DNA from: Cyanobacteriota bacterium
GTDB taxonomy: Bacteria; Cyanobacteriota; Cyanobacteriia; PCC-6307; Cyanobiaceae
Length of the DNA: 64,000 nucleotides
Direction: 5' to 3'
NCBI GenBank assembly: GCA_046052125.1
Contig: JBJOMY010000003.1
Span: forward strand, 290,563-354,562
Part shown: positions 12,907-23,174 of the stretch, piece after piece
Layout of the letters: the number at the start of each line of letters is the position of its first letter
Position numbering within the stretch: the stretch's first letter is position 1
Notes under the pieces: model-generated
Told to the model about the DNA's origin: nothing
The model's database searches: none
What the model saw: only the letters and a program-made list of their open reading frames with translations
Position numbers and translations under genes: made by a program

Positions 12907-14658
12907 ATGCAACGCCTCCAAGCCTGGCTTGACCAGGACGCTCGCCGCAGCCTGCTGCTCGCTCTGCTCGCTCTGGCCGGTCTTTGCGCCTTGGCCTTTG
13001 GCCAACAGCTCGGCGGCCTTGGTCTGATGGATAAAACCGAGGGTCTCTTCGTGGAGATCCCTCGCCAGATGCTCACCAGCGGCGACTGGATCACCCCTCG
13101 CTGGAATGGAGAGATCTTTTTTGATTACCCCGTGTGGGGCTACTGGATGGTGGCCCTCAGCTTTCGGCTGTTCGGGGTGAGTGAGTGGGCGGCGCGGCTG
13201 CCGGTGGCCCTGGCCGCCAGCGCCACGGTGTTTGCCGTGTTTGGCGTGCTGCTCTTGGCGGCGCGGACCGCAGAACCGCACCACCAGCGCCTCGGCCGCG
13301 CCACCCTCGGCGCCACCGTGCTGGCCCTCAGCCCTGGCTGGCTCGGTTGGGGGCGCTCCTCAGTGACCGACATGTTTCTGGCCAGCGCCATCACCCTGGC
13401 GTTGCTGGGTTTTGTGGTGGCCCACACCGCTGAAGCGCACCGGTGGTGGCAACGGCGACTGGGCTTCATCGCCTTGGCTGTGTTTTGCGGCATCGCCGTG
13501 CTGGCCAAGGGGCCAGTGGGCCTGCTGTTGCCCGGTGTGGTGATGCTTGTGTTCTGGGCCTTGAAGGGCACCTTCTTCAACGAGCTGCGCCGCACGCCTT
13601 GGATCCCCTTGGTGCTGCTGTTTCTCGGTGTTGCTGCCCCCTGGTACGGCCTGGCCACCGCTGCCAATGGCGGTGAGTTTTTGGGCCGTTTTCTGGGCTT
13701 CAGCAACCTCGAGCGCTTCACCTCGGTGATCTACGACCACCCGGGGCCGCCTTGGTTCTATCTGCCCTGGGTGCTGCTGTTGCTGCTGCCCTGGTCGTTG
13801 TTCCTGCCGGTGGCCTGCGCCCGCCTGCGCTTCTGGCGCCTGCAGGTGTGGCGCCAAGCCGCCCCTGGAGAGGATCTGCCCCTGCTGGGTCTGGTGTGGT
13901 TGGTGGTGATGTTGGCCTTTTTCTCGGCCGCTGCCACCAAACTGCCCGGCTACATCCTGCCGGCGCTGCCCGGTGGGGCTCTACTGGTGGCCCTGCTGTT
14001 CGCGCCCCTGTCCCCGTCGCCAGCTCTGGGAGGTGGGATACGCATCACGGGCTGGATCAATGGCGTACTGCTGGTGCTGATGGCGTTCGCCGCAGTGCTG
14101 GCTCCCCGCTGGATCGAGCAAGACCCCTCCTATCCGGCCTTTGCCGATGCCATCAGGGCTTCGGGGTTGCCGGTGTTGTTGTTCCTCCCGCTTTTGGCGG
14201 GGGGTGTGGCTTTGTTGGTTGTGCTGCTGCGCCGCTCCGATGGCCTCCAGTGGTTGTGGATCCCGAATGCGGCGGCGCTGGCCTCGGTTCTGGCGCTGGT
14301 GTTGCCTGTGCTGATTCCCCTGGTGGATCGGGAGCGGCAGCTGCCGATTCGCACCCTGGCCCGGCTTGCTGGTGAGCAGGGCCTGCCAGAAGAACCGCTC
14401 CTGGTGGTGGGCTACAAGCGCTACAGCGTTGTGTATTACAGCGGTCGCCCGGTGTTGTTCGTTAGCTCCCCGCGCAAGGCCAGTCGTGCGGTGGCGCAGG
14501 CTGAGCGCTTGCCGCAGAGCGTGCTGCTGCTGGGAAGTGATGCGGAGCTGCTGGAGTTCGGGATTGGCCCTGGCGATGGCACCCCACTGGGCCGCCGCGA
14601 TGCCCACCGCCTGCTGCGCTTGCCCATTCAGCGCCTGAACACCCTGGGGAACAGCTGA
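12907..14658 (+). CDS. ArnT/PMT-like lipid-linked sugar transferase (GT-C fold)
   Basis: QMLTSGDWITPRWNG, EWAARLP, LAKGPVG, LPWS and TKLPGYILP motifs; many TM helices. Confidence 0.88.
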   Translation: MQRLQAWLDQDARRSLLLALLALAGLCALAFGQQLGGLGLMDKTEGLFVEIPRQMLTSGDWITPRWNGEIFFDYPVWGYWMVALSFRLFGVSEWAARLPVALAASATVFAVFGVLLLAARTAEPHHQRLGRATLGATVLALSPGWLGWGRSSVTDMFLASAITLALLGFVVAHTAEAHRWWQRRLGFIALAVFCGIAVLAKGPVGLLLPGVVMLVFWALKGTFFNELRRTPWIPLVLLFLGVAAPWYGLATAANGGEFLGRFLGFSNLERFTSVIYDHPGPPWFYLPWVLLLLLPWSLFLPVACARLRFWRLQVWRQAAPGEDLPLLGLVWLVVMLAFFSAAATKLPGYILPALPGGALLVALLFAPLSPSPALGGGIRITGWINGVLLVLMAFAAVLAPRWIEQDPSYPAFADAIRASGLPVLLFLPLLAGGVALLVVLLRRSDGLQWLWIPNAAALASVLALVLPVLIPLVDRERQLPIRTLARLAGEQGLPEEPLLVVGYKRYSVVYYSGRPVLFVSSPRKASRAVAQAERLPQSVLLLGSDAELLEFGIGPGDGTPLGRRDAHRLLRLPIQRLNTLGNS

Positions 14659-15344
14659 TGCGCGCCCAACTTCGCCTGGCTGGCGACTGGCTGAAGGCTC
14701 TTGGTCCCTGGCGGCTGGCCTTCGCCGTTGCCACTGCCGTCGTGCTGGCCTGGGCCGGCCCGCCGTTGGCGGCCACCCGACGTCCCGCCTTTGATCTGGA
14801 GGTGCTGCGGCTGGTGCATCAGTGGACCCCGGAGTGGTTGGGTCAGCTGCTGCCGTCGGTGTACGAGGCCAGCGGCAAGCACCTCACCGCGGTGCTGGTG
14901 CTGGCGGTGCTGATTTTCCTGGCGTTGAAGCGCTTCTGGGCAGAGCTGGTCTGCCTCGTGGTGGGCGCCGGTGGGATTTTGCTGATCGTGGATCGCTGGC
15001 TCAAACCACTCTTTGATCGCCGCAGGCCCAGTGGTCGGCTGCTGGAGGACATCAGTGGCCGCAGCTTTCCCAGTGGCCATGCCGCCGGTTCGGTGGTGTT
15101 CTATTTCCTCACCTGCTGCCTGCTCTCCGCCCACTACCCGCGCTTGCGCAAACCCCTGTTTGTGCTCTCGAGTTGCTGGGTGGCTCTGGTGTGGCTCAGC
15201 ACGCTCTATTGCCGTGCCCACTGGCTCACCGATATCGCTGCTGGAGCGGCCGTGGGGTATGTGTGGCTGAGCTTTTGCCTAGCCGGCTTCACCGTCTGGG
15301 ACCAGCACGCCCATCGTTCCGCGCCCTCTCAACCCCATGGCTGA
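14658..15344 (+). CDS. PAP2-family membrane lipid phosphatase
   Basis: C1 KxxxxRRRP, C2 SFPSGH, C3 S(T)xxxxxHxxxD; TGATG overlap with the upstream gene. Confidence 0.85.
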   Translation: MRAQLRLAGDWLKALGPWRLAFAVATAVVLAWAGPPLAATRRPAFDLEVLRLVHQWTPEWLGQLLPSVYEASGKHLTAVLVLAVLIFLALKRFWAELVCLVVGAGGILLIVDRWLKPLFDRRRPSGRLLEDISGRSFPSGHAAGSVVFYFLTCCLLSAHYPRLRKPLFVLSSCWVALVWLSTLYCRAHWLTDIAAGAAVGYVWLSFCLAGFTVWDQHAHRSAPSQPHG

Positions 15345-15744
15345 TGCTTCGGTTTCGCTCGCCGACCTGCGTGGACTGCGCACCGCCCCTGAGCTGAGCG
15401 CCGCAGGCTGCGAGGCGCTGCGCACCCAGTTGCTGCTCAAGCTCAAGCCCTGCGAGTGGTTCACGATCGGCGTGATGGCTCCCTCGGCTGCCGCTGCTGT
15501 GGCCGCGTTGCGCTCCCTTGAAACAGCTCTCGGCTGGGAATCGCTCGAGCTGGATCCAGCCGGCGAGGCTCTCGCCAGCATCGAAGGCCCGGTGTTCCTC
15601 AAGGGCAATCAGAACAGCGGCCGTTTTCTGGTGCGCCGCGAGAGCGGTCTTGGCGAGGGGATGCTGATCACCGGTCATAGCCCTGTGGATCCCGATGCCG
15701 AAGACACCTGGGGGCCATTGCCGCTTCAGCTCTTCGCCGATTGA
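15337..15744 (+). CDS. DUF1824-like conserved cyanobacterial protein
   Basis: WFTIGVMAPS, GPVFLK and C-terminal TWGPLPL motifs. Confidence 0.7.
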   Translation: MADASVSLADLRGLRTAPELSAAGCEALRTQLLLKLKPCEWFTIGVMAPSAAAAVAALRSLETALGWESLELDPAGEALASIEGPVFLKGNQNSGRFLVRRESGLGEGMLITGHSPVDPDAEDTWGPLPLQLFAD

Positions 15745-15886
15745 TCCTTGGCTCCCCAGCCTGGGCTGCTGATTGCTGATCACGACGACTGATCACGACT
15801 TGGCGGCCGCCATTCAGCCTGGGCGCACCAATCTCTACGCTGGGCGGCTGTGATTCGGCGGCCTGGGCTGCCTCCTGACCCCTCCG

Positions 15887-16840
15887 ATGGCCGCTTCCCA
15901 ACTGCGAATTGCTTCTCGCCGCAGCCAGCTGGCCATGGTGCAGACCCACTGGGTGCGCGATGAGCTGGCCAAAGCCCATGCCGGCCTGGAGATCAGCATC
16001 GAGGCGATGGCCACCCAGGGCGACAAGATCCTTGATGTGGCCCTGGCCAAGATCGGCGACAAGGGCTTGTTCACCAAGGAGCTTGAGGCTCAGATGTTGG
16101 TGGATCGCGCTGACATCGCCGTTCACAGCCTCAAGGATCTGCCCACCAACCTGCCCGAGGGCTTGATGCTCGGCTGCATCACCGAGCGGGAGGATCCCGC
16201 TGATGCCCTGGTGGTGCATGAGAAGCACAAGGACAAAACCCTCGCCACCCTCTCTGCCGGTTCTGTGGTGGGAACCAGCTCTCTGCGCCGCTTGGCCCAG
16301 CTGCGCCACCACTATCCGCAGCTCACCTTCAAGGATGTGCGCGGCAATGTGATCACCCGGCTGGAGAAGCTCGATTCCGGTGAGTTCGATTGCCTGATCC
16401 TCGCGGCTGCTGGCCTGGGCCGCCTGGGCCTCGGTGATCGCATCCATGAGCTGATCGATCCTTCGATCTCTCTGCATGCGGTGGGTCAGGGCGCTCTCGG
16501 TATCGAATGCCGTGAGGGCGACACCACAGTGCTGGAGCAGATCAAGGTGCTGGAGCACCTGCCCACCGCTCGCCGTTGCCTGGCGGAGCGCGCTTTCCTG
16601 CGGGAGCTTGAGGGTGGTTGTCAGGTGCCGATCGGTGTGAACACCCGCTTCGAGGGCGACGAGCTGGTGCTCACCGGCATGGTGGCCAGCCTCGACGGGC
16701 AACGCCTGATCCGCGACGAAGCCCGCGGCGACCAGAGTGATCCTGAGGCGATCGGCATCGCCCTCGCTCACACACTGCGCGCCCAGGGCGCCGGGGAAAT
16801 CCTGGAGGAGATTTTTGCCACGGTACGGCCAGAGGCCTGA
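15887..16840 (+). CDS. hemC: Porphobilinogen deaminase
   Basis: [34 protein letters not shown] and [10 protein letters not shown] motifs. Confidence 0.98.
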   Translation: MAASQLRIASRRSQLAMVQTHWVRDELAKAHAGLEISIEAMATQGDKILDVALAKIGDKGLFTKELEAQMLVDRADIAVHSLKDLPTNLPEGLMLGCITEREDPADALVVHEKHKDKTLATLSAGSVVGTSSLRRLAQLRHHYPQLTFKDVRGNVITRLEKLDSGEFDCLILAAAGLGRLGLGDRIHELIDPSISLHAVGQGALGIECREGDTTVLEQIKVLEHLPTARRCLAERAFLRELEGGCQVPIGVNTRFEGDELVLTGMVASLDGQRLIRDEARGDQSDPEAIGIALAHTLRAQGAGEILEEIFATVRPEA

Positions 16841-18797
16841 TCAAGGAGCTGCTGAACCGGCGGTAGAGGCTCGCGCCCTGCCGTTCCAGTGGAGCTTGCT
16901 GGCCTGGGCAGCCCTGGTGGGTGTGCTCACCGGCTTGGCCGTGGTGGGCTTCCACTACCTGCTCGGATTCATCAACAACTTCCTCTATGGCCCTGTGGTG
17001 GAGGGGCTGGTGGGGTTGCTGCGCGCTGCACCGCCGGAGCCACCGCCCCTGCCGCCTCCGCCGGAGCCCAGCAGCGGCACCCCCTTGGGGGCGTTGCTGC
17101 AGATCGGTTTGGGGGGATTGGCCTTTCTTCCGCAGCCACCGCCGCCGCCGGAGCCGATTCCCCTGCCGGGTGATCCGCTGCCGCTGTGGTTGTCGTCGTG
17201 GCCGGTGGTGCTGGTGCCCCTGCTGGGTGGCCTGGCCGTGGGCCTGCTGCGCCAGATCGGTCGGGATCTCGGGCCGAGCCTGCCCAGCCTGATCGCCATG
17301 GCCGATGGCACCGTGCAGGCTGCCCCCAAGCTGCCGATCCTGCGCCTGATTGCTGCATCGCTCAGCCTCGGCAGCGGCGCCTCCCTCGGACCGGAGGGTC
17401 CGAGTGTGGAGAGCGGCGGCAACATCGGTTTGTGGGTGGCGGGCAAAGGCGGCCTGCCGCCGGATTCCCAGAAAGCCCTGGTGGCAGCTGGTGTGGCTGC
17501 TGGCCTCGCGGCGGGTTTTAAGGCGCCGATTGCCGGTTTGTTTTTCGCCTTTGAGGGCAGTTACAGCACGATTCCGGGCCGTCCCAGCGTGCGGGCTGTA
17601 CTGGTGGCGGCCGTGGCGTCCTCGCTGGTGACCCAGCTTTCGCTCGGGGATCAGCCGATCTTCCGCCTGCCGGCCTACGAGGTGCGCTCACCGCTGGAGC
17701 TGCCGCTGTATCTGGGTCTTGGTCTGGTGGCTAGTGGCATGTCGCTGGCGCTGCTCACGATGTTGTCCACCGGCCGCAGCGAGGTGGTGCAACGCCGCCT
17801 GCAGCGGTTGCCGCGCTGGTTGCTCACTGCCCTTGGCGGCCTTGGCCTGGGCGTGATGGCGCTGGCGTTCCCGCAGGTGCTCGGCGTTGGCTACGACACC
17901 ATCGGTGCGCTGCTGGGCCGCGAGGGTGGGATCGCCCTGGTGAGCCTGTTGGGCCTGCTGCTGGTGAAGCTGTTGGCCACTGGTTTGAGCAGCGCCACTG
18001 GTTTTGTGGGCGGTGGTTTTGCTCCGTCGCTCTTCTTGGGGGCGGTCTTGGGGAATGTGTACGGCCAGCTGTTGGGTGATGGCGGCCTGCATTTGCCCGT
18101 GGCCGAACCACCCGCCTACGCGATGGTGGGCATGGCAGCAGTGCTCGCCGGTAGTGCCAGGGCACCGCTCACCGCCTTGCTGCTGCTGTTTGAGCTCACC
18201 CACGACATCCGGATCGTGTTGCCGCTGATGGCCGCAGCCGGCCTCAGTGCCGCCCTGGTGGAGCGCTGGCAGGGCATGGCCGATCCAGGCCTGCTGGGTC
18301 CGGATTTGGTTGAAGAGCAACGGCGTAACCGCCTGGCGGCGATCGGCGTGGAAGAAGCGCTGGAGCCCGAATCGCCGCTGGTGCTCAATGCCACAACCCC
18401 GGCAGCGGAGGCGCTGCAGCAGTTGCTCGAAGCCCATGGCCACTGCCTGGTGGTGGCCGATGAAACCTGGGTGCTGGGGCTGGTGACTCTGGAGGATCTG
18501 CAGCGGCCAATCTCCGCCGGCAACCCTGATCTGCCTCTGCTGCAATGCCGCCGCTCCGACCTGCTCTGGCTAAGCCGTGATGCCAACTTGGCCCAGCTCG
18601 AGGATCAGCTCCAGCCCAACGGCCTGCGCCAGGTGCCGGTGTTCCAGTTGGAGGATTCGGCCCTGCCGAAGCTGCCGAGTGGCATCCCTGCGGCCGGCTT
18701 ACCGGTGGTGGCCCTGCAGGGGCTGGCCAGCCGCGATGGAATGGCTCGGGCCCTCGCCCGTGCGGCGGCCTCAGACCAACAAAAAAGCCCCCAATGA
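16815..18797 (+). CDS. ClC-family anion channel with a C-terminal CBS-like domain
   Basis: [19 protein letters not shown] and [13 protein letters not shown] motifs; TTG at 16815 follows a GGAGGAG Shine-Dalgarno-like sequence (start inferred). Confidence 0.88.
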   Translation: MPRYGQRPDQGAAEPAVEARALPFQWSLLAWAALVGVLTGLAVVGFHYLLGFINNFLYGPVVEGLVGLLRAAPPEPPPLPPPPEPSSGTPLGALLQIGLGGLAFLPQPPPPPEPIPLPGDPLPLWLSSWPVVLVPLLGGLAVGLLRQIGRDLGPSLPSLIAMADGTVQAAPKLPILRLIAASLSLGSGASLGPEGPSVESGGNIGLWVAGKGGLPPDSQKALVAAGVAAGLAAGFKAPIAGLFFAFEGSYSTIPGRPSVRAVLVAAVASSLVTQLSLGDQPIFRLPAYEVRSPLELPLYLGLGLVASGMSLALLTMLSTGRSEVVQRRLQRLPRWLLTALGGLGLGVMALAFPQVLGVGYDTIGALLGREGGIALVSLLGLLLVKLLATGLSSATGFVGGGFAPSLFLGAVLGNVYGQLLGDGGLHLPVAEPPAYAMVGMAAVLAGSARAPLTALLLLFELTHDIRIVLPLMAAAGLSAALVERWQGMADPGLLGPDLVEEQRRNRLAAIGVEEALEPESPLVLNATTPAAEALQQLLEAHGHCLVVADETWVLGLVTLEDLQRPISAGNPDLPLLQCRRSDLLWLSRDANLAQLEDQLQPNGLRQVPVFQLEDSALPKLPSGIPAAGLPVVALQGLASRDGMARALARAAASDQQKSPQ

Positions 18798-18805
18798 TGG
18801 GGGCT
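18781..18805 (-). terminator. Intrinsic terminator after ppa
   Basis: Minus strand AGCCCCCA-TCAT-TGGGGGCT followed by a T-run. Confidence 0.75.
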
Positions 18806-18827
18806 GGGATCGCTTGTTGCTCGAGCC

Positions 18828-19415
18828 TCAGTTCACCAACTTGGGGTTGATGGTGTCGAGGTAGCGCTGCTCGCACTCCTTGATGATCTTCACGGCTTCG
18901 GCGGTGTCGAAGAAGCCGTTCACGCGGCAGGTGCCGGGTTTCTTGAGGTCCTTGTAGTGCTCCCAGTAGTACTGGGTTTCCTTGAGCCAGTGGTCGCCCA
19001 GCTGGGTGTAGCTGGTGATGTGATCCATGCGCTTGTCATCGGCGAGCACGGCGATCACCTTGTCGTCGACTTCACCGCCGTCGTCGAACTTCATGATGCC
19101 GATGATGCGGGCCTCCACCAGGGAGCCGGGCACAAGGGGCTCGGTCACACCCACGATCTCGATGTCGAGCGGGTCGCCGTCTTCATCCCAGGTGCGGGGG
19201 ATGCAGCCGTAGGCGAAGGGATAAGCCAGGGAGGAATAGCCCACGCGATCGAGCTTGAGGTGACCGGTTTCGGTGATCAGCTCGTACTTGTTGATCGTGT
19301 TGCTGTTGAGCTCCACGATCGTGTTCAGGCGCAGCTCGGCTTCATCGGCAAAGGCCGGCAGCACGTGCAGCAGGTTGAGCATCGTGCGGCTTGGGGCGTG
19401 GTCGATGTTCGCCAT
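18828..19415 (-). CDS. ppa: Soluble inorganic pyrophosphatase (family I)
   Basis: LKLDR, YPFAYG, DEDGDPLD and DDKVIAV motifs; start at MANIDH. Confidence 0.95.
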   Translation of the reverse strand: MANIDHAPSRTMLNLLHVLPAFADEAELRLNTIVELNSNTINKYELITETGHLKLDRVGYSSLAYPFAYGCIPRTWDEDGDPLDIEIVGVTEPLVPGSLVEARIIGIMKFDDGGEVDDKVIAVLADDKRMDHITSYTQLGDHWLKETQYYWEHYKDLKKPGTCRVNGFFDTAEAVKIIKECEQRYLDTINPKLVN

Positions 19416-19459
19416 CAGGGCAGCGGCAAGGGATGTGGGCGGCATCCTACGGATGGCAC

Positions 19460-20989
19460 TCAGCTGGCCAGGCGCTCGAGCTTGCGCTGCAGGTAGCGGC
19501 CGAAGGGTTCATGGCTGAGGGCCCGGCCGCTCACCTGCTCCACCAGCTCGGCGGCGTTCACACTGCGCCCGAGCGGATACACCCGCTGCTGCAGCCAGCG
19601 GCCGAGCTCCGCGTCATTGCCGGCTTCGAGGATCGCCTCGATCGGCCCGAGCTCGGCCTCGATCGTTTCGCTCAATTGGGCACTGATCAGATGGCCCAGG
19701 GCATAGGAGGGGAAGTAGCCAAACAGGCCCTCGCTCCAGTGCACGTCCTGCAGGCAGCCTTCGGCGTCGTTGGTTGGTGTGATGCCTAGAAGCTCCTGCA
19801 TGCCTCGATTCCAGGCCGCAGGCAGCTCTGCCACCGGCAGATCGCCTTCCACGAACGCCAGCTCCAGCTCGTAGCGCAGCAGCACGTGCAATCCGTAGCT
19901 CACCTCATCGGCCTCCACCCGGGTGAGGCCGGCGCGGATCGGGTTGAGATCGCGCCAGAAGGCTTGGGCATTGCCCCACACATCGCGGCCCAGTGCTTTG
20001 CAGAAGCGGGGGTGCCAGCGCTGCGCCATGGCCTGGCTGCGGCCGAGGCGGTTTTCATAGAACAGGCTCTGGCTCTCATGCACCGCCATTGAGGTGGCTT
20101 CCCCCAGGGGCCAGGGGAACCAGTGCTCGCCCGTGCGCGGCAGGCCCTGCTCGTAGAGGCTGTGGCCCCATTCGTGGGCGGTGGCGAGAAAGGCTGAAAA
20201 GGGTTGGCCTGCCACCACCCGGGTGGTGATGCGGAAGTCGTCGGGGCCGAGGGTGCAGGAAAAGGGATGGGGTGAGCGTGCCCGCAGGCAGCGCTCCGGG
20301 TTGAAGCCCCAGCCGTTCAGCAGTTCGCTGCAGAGCTGCTCCTGCTGGGGTTCGCTGAGATCCCAGGTCTCGCTGCTGCCCTTGGGCAGGCTCCGCGCCT
20401 GCTCCAGCAACGGCGGCAGGAGCTCCCTCAGGGGCAGCAGCCATTGCGCGAGCTGCTGCTTGCTGATGTCGGGCTCAAACGGTTGGGCCAGGATTTCCCA
20501 GGGGCTGCGCGGGCTGCCATCGGGATGAGCCTCCGCGGGCGCCAGCTGCTGGGCCTGCTCCAGCCGCAGCTCGATCAGCCGTTGCAGGCCTGGCGCAAAC
20601 AGCGAAAAGTCACTGCGCTGCTTGGCCTCCTGCCAGCGGCTATAGCCCTCCGCCTGGGCCTGGGCGAGCGCTCCCACCAAGGCGGAATCCAGCCTGCTCT
20701 GGCGCGCCAGCTCCTGTTTGAGCAGCCGCAAGTTGTGGCGTTGCTCAGCGGGAGCATCCGGAGCTAGCTCCTGCTCAGCGCCGGCCAGCAGTTCCTGATA
20801 GGCCGCGCTGGTTTGCCGCTCATGCAGTTGCTGTGCCAGCAGGGCCAGCTGCTCGCCGCGCCAGCCAGCCGCCGCCGCTGGCATCGCCGTGTTTTGGTCG
20901 AAATAGAGGGTGCTGTGGATGCCGCCCAGCAGCTGGGTGGTGTGCAGGTGCTGCCGCAACCGGCTCCAGGAAGAGGAGGTGGTGTCCAT
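19460..20989 (-). CDS. Carboxypeptidase, M32 family
   Basis: HPF, HEWGH, HESQS, GCLQDVHWS and GYFPSY motifs. Confidence 0.95.
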   Translation of the reverse strand: MDTTSSSWSRLRQHLHTTQLLGGIHSTLYFDQNTAMPAAAAGWRGEQLALLAQQLHERQTSAAYQELLAGAEQELAPDAPAEQRHNLRLLKQELARQSRLDSALVGALAQAQAEGYSRWQEAKQRSDFSLFAPGLQRLIELRLEQAQQLAPAEAHPDGSPRSPWEILAQPFEPDISKQQLAQWLLPLRELLPPLLEQARSLPKGSSETWDLSEPQQEQLCSELLNGWGFNPERCLRARSPHPFSCTLGPDDFRITTRVVAGQPFSAFLATAHEWGHSLYEQGLPRTGEHWFPWPLGEATSMAVHESQSLFYENRLGRSQAMAQRWHPRFCKALGRDVWGNAQAFWRDLNPIRAGLTRVEADEVSYGLHVLLRYELELAFVEGDLPVAELPAAWNRGMQELLGITPTNDAEGCLQDVHWSEGLFGYFPSYALGHLISAQLSETIEAELGPIEAILEAGNDAELGRWLQQRVYPLGRSVNAAELVEQVSGRALSHEPFGRYLQRKLERLAS

Positions 20990-21390
20990 CAGCTCCAGTG
21001 CAGCTCCATGTTGATGGTGCCCTCCAGGCTGAGTTTCACCGGGCACTGCTCAGCGGCCCGCTGCAGCAGTGTCCGCTGTTGCGCATCCAGGTGCGCCGGC
21101 AGGCTCACCCACACCTTGAGTTGGGCGATGCGCCGCGGAGACTCGCTGGTCATTGTTTTTTCCACCCGCGCCTCGCAGCCCTTGAGATCCAAGCCATGAC
21201 GCTCGGCCACGATCCCCATGATCGTGAGCATGCAGGTGCTCAGGGATGTGGCCACCAGGTCGGTGGGTGAAAAGCGCTCGCCTTTGCCTTGGTTGTCGGT
21301 GGGGGCATCGGTTTCCAGCTCCGTGCCCGAAGGCCCATGGCTCGCCTTGCAACGCAGCTCTCCCTGGTAAACGCTGTCGATAACGGTCAT
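20989..21390 (-). CDS. OsmC/Ohr-like family protein
   Basis: TDAPTDNQGKGERFSPTDL...CM and CPV two-Cys pattern; translationally coupled to the M32 gene. Confidence 0.88.
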   Translation of the reverse strand: MTVIDSVYQGELRCKASHGPSGTELETDAPTDNQGKGERFSPTDLVATSLSTCMLTIMGIVAERHGLDLKGCEARVEKTMTSESPRRIAQLKVWVSLPAHLDAQQRTLLQRAAEQCPVKLSLEGTINMELHWS

Positions 21391-21468
21391 GGCCCCGCCC
21401 GCACTGCCGGCAGCTTGGCAGTTCTGGCAAGGCTCGCTTGAGTGAAGGCACGGCGTTGGCCCATCTCC

Positions 21469-21906
21469 ATGAACCTGTTGGCTCTGATTGCCGCCCCCCA
21501 GGCGGGGGCTCCGGTGATGGGGCTGGCGAAAGCGATCCAGCTGTCTGTGGCACCGGTGTTCCTGCTCACGGCGATTGCCGGGGTGCTGGGGGTGATCAGC
21601 AACCGGCTGGCGCGGGTGCTGGATCGGGCTCGAGAGATCCATGGGCCGGCGATGGACAGCCAGGACATGCAGTTGTTGCGCCGGCGGATGGGGCTGCTGT
21701 CACGGGCGATCGAGAGCGTCACGATCACGGGGGTGCTGGTGTCGGCGGTGGTCGCGGTGACCTTCATCAGCGCCATCACCGTGGTCGACCTAGCCCCGAT
21801 CGTGGTGCCGCTGTTTGTGGTGGCGATGCTGGCCTTGATCGCGGGGCTGCTGCTGTTGTTGCTGGATACCCGCTTGGCGTCACGGATGATGCGTCGTCGC
21901 TTCTGA
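21469..21906 (+). CDS. DUF2721-like membrane protein
   Basis: IQLSVAPVFLL...NRLARVLDR...LRRR pattern with 3 TM helices. Confidence 0.78.
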   Translation: MNLLALIAAPQAGAPVMGLAKAIQLSVAPVFLLTAIAGVLGVISNRLARVLDRAREIHGPAMDSQDMQLLRRRMGLLSRAIESVTITGVLVSAVVAVTFISAITVVDLAPIVVPLFVVAMLALIAGLLLLLLDTRLASRMMRRRF

Positions 21907-22314
21907 GCGGCAGTTGCAGAGCTGATCGAGATCGGGGCGTCGCGTCAGCGGCAAGCGCCACCGGGCCCAAAGGCCGTAGGCAACATCGGCGAGTTGGCGC
22001 AGCCCGGGCCAGGCGCTGGGGGCATAGAGCCAGCCCAGGCCGATCAGCCGGTAGGCAGCCCTGAACACCTCCACATCCCGCAGCACCGTGCCATCGGCCT
22101 GGATGGCGTGGATGCGGCCCATCGCCTCGCGGTAGCTGATGCCGTTGTGCTGATCGGGGTTGTAGTCAGCGGCATCGATATCCACAAACGCCAGCCGCGC
22201 CGCATCCGGGTGCAGCCGTTGATCCCGCTTGCGCAGAAAGGTCACCTCCCGCAGGCAGAGCGGGCAGCCTCCGTCGTAGAGGAGGGTGAGCTGGGGGCTG
22301 GGTGCGCTGCTCAT
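21880..22314 (-). CDS. DCC1/DUF393 thiol-disulfide oxidoreductase-like protein
   Basis: LLYDGGCPLC motif; YGLWARWR. Confidence 0.88.
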   Translation of the reverse strand: MSSAPSPQLTLLYDGGCPLCLREVTFLRKRDQRLHPDAARLAFVDIDAADYNPDQHNGISYREAMGRIHAIQADGTVLRDVEVFRAAYRLIGLGWLYAPSAWPGLRQLADVAYGLWARWRLPLTRRPDLDQLCNCRSEATTHHP

Positions 22315-22406
22315 GGGCTTCAGCCACAGGCTTCAACGTACCCACCGCGCCCTGGTCAGCGGCGTGCAGCCCCCGTACGGTTCACCGGTGTGGACCCCCT
22401 TGCGTG

Positions 22407-22856
22407 ATGCGCCAGCACCTCACCAGGCTCGCCGTTCAGACCAGCGGCGAGGGCTTCACCGATCTCACAGCCGCCCTGAATCGCGAGATTGCTGCAAGCG
22501 GCCTGCAACAAGGCATCGCTCAACTGGTGGCTTTGCACACCAGTTGCTCACTCACCGTGAATGAGAACGCCGACCCGCGAGTGCTGCGGGATCTCACCAC
22601 CTACCTCCGTGCCCTCGTGCCCGAAGAAGGGGTGCGTTCCCTCAGCGGCCATGGCGATCTGCAGCGCTATGCCCACGACGATGAAGGCCCCGACGACATG
22701 CCGGCCCACATCCGCACGGCCCTCACCACCACAAGCCTGGGTTTGTCGTTTGATCGAGGTCGGCTGGTGCTGGGCACCTGGCAGGCGGTGTATCTCTGGG
22801 AGCACCGGGCTCGCGCTCACCAGCGCCAGCTCAGCCTCCACCTCATCGGCGAGTGA
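22407..22856 (+). CDS. yjbQ: YjbQ/UPF0047 family protein
   Basis: HTSCSLTVNENADP, EGPDDMPAH and LGTWQ motifs. Confidence 0.9.
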   Translation: MRQHLTRLAVQTSGEGFTDLTAALNREIAASGLQQGIAQLVALHTSCSLTVNENADPRVLRDLTTYLRALVPEEGVRSLSGHGDLQRYAHDDEGPDDMPAHIRTALTTTSLGLSFDRGRLVLGTWQAVYLWEHRARAHQRQLSLHLIGE

Positions 22857-22864
22857 CCTCAGCC

Positions 22865-23143
22865 ATGACCAGCCCGATCACCGTGACCCACAACCCTGGC
22901 TCCGATCAGTTGGAGCAACTGGGGGTTCAGGGCTGGCCGATCTGGAGCTGCGGTGTCAGCCGTTTCCCCTGGACCTACGACGAGCAGGAGACCTGCTTGC
23001 TGCTCGAAGGCGATGTGACGGTGACGCCTGATGGCGGAGAACCCGTGCGATTCGGCGCTGGTGATCTGGTGGTGTTTGAAGCAGGCCTGAGTTGCACCTG
23101 GGATGTGCATGCTCCGGTGCGTAAGCACTACCGCTTCGGTTGA
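22865..23143 (+). CDS. Cupin domain protein (DUF861-like)
   Basis: WPIW, FPWTYDEQETCLLLEG, GDLVVF and VRKHY motifs. Confidence 0.88.
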   Translation: MTSPITVTHNPGSDQLEQLGVQGWPIWSCGVSRFPWTYDEQETCLLLEGDVTVTPDGGEPVRFGAGDLVVFEAGLSCTWDVHAPVRKHYRFG

Positions 23144-23174
23144 GCCAGGCTGGTGAAAATCCTCCATCGAGTCG

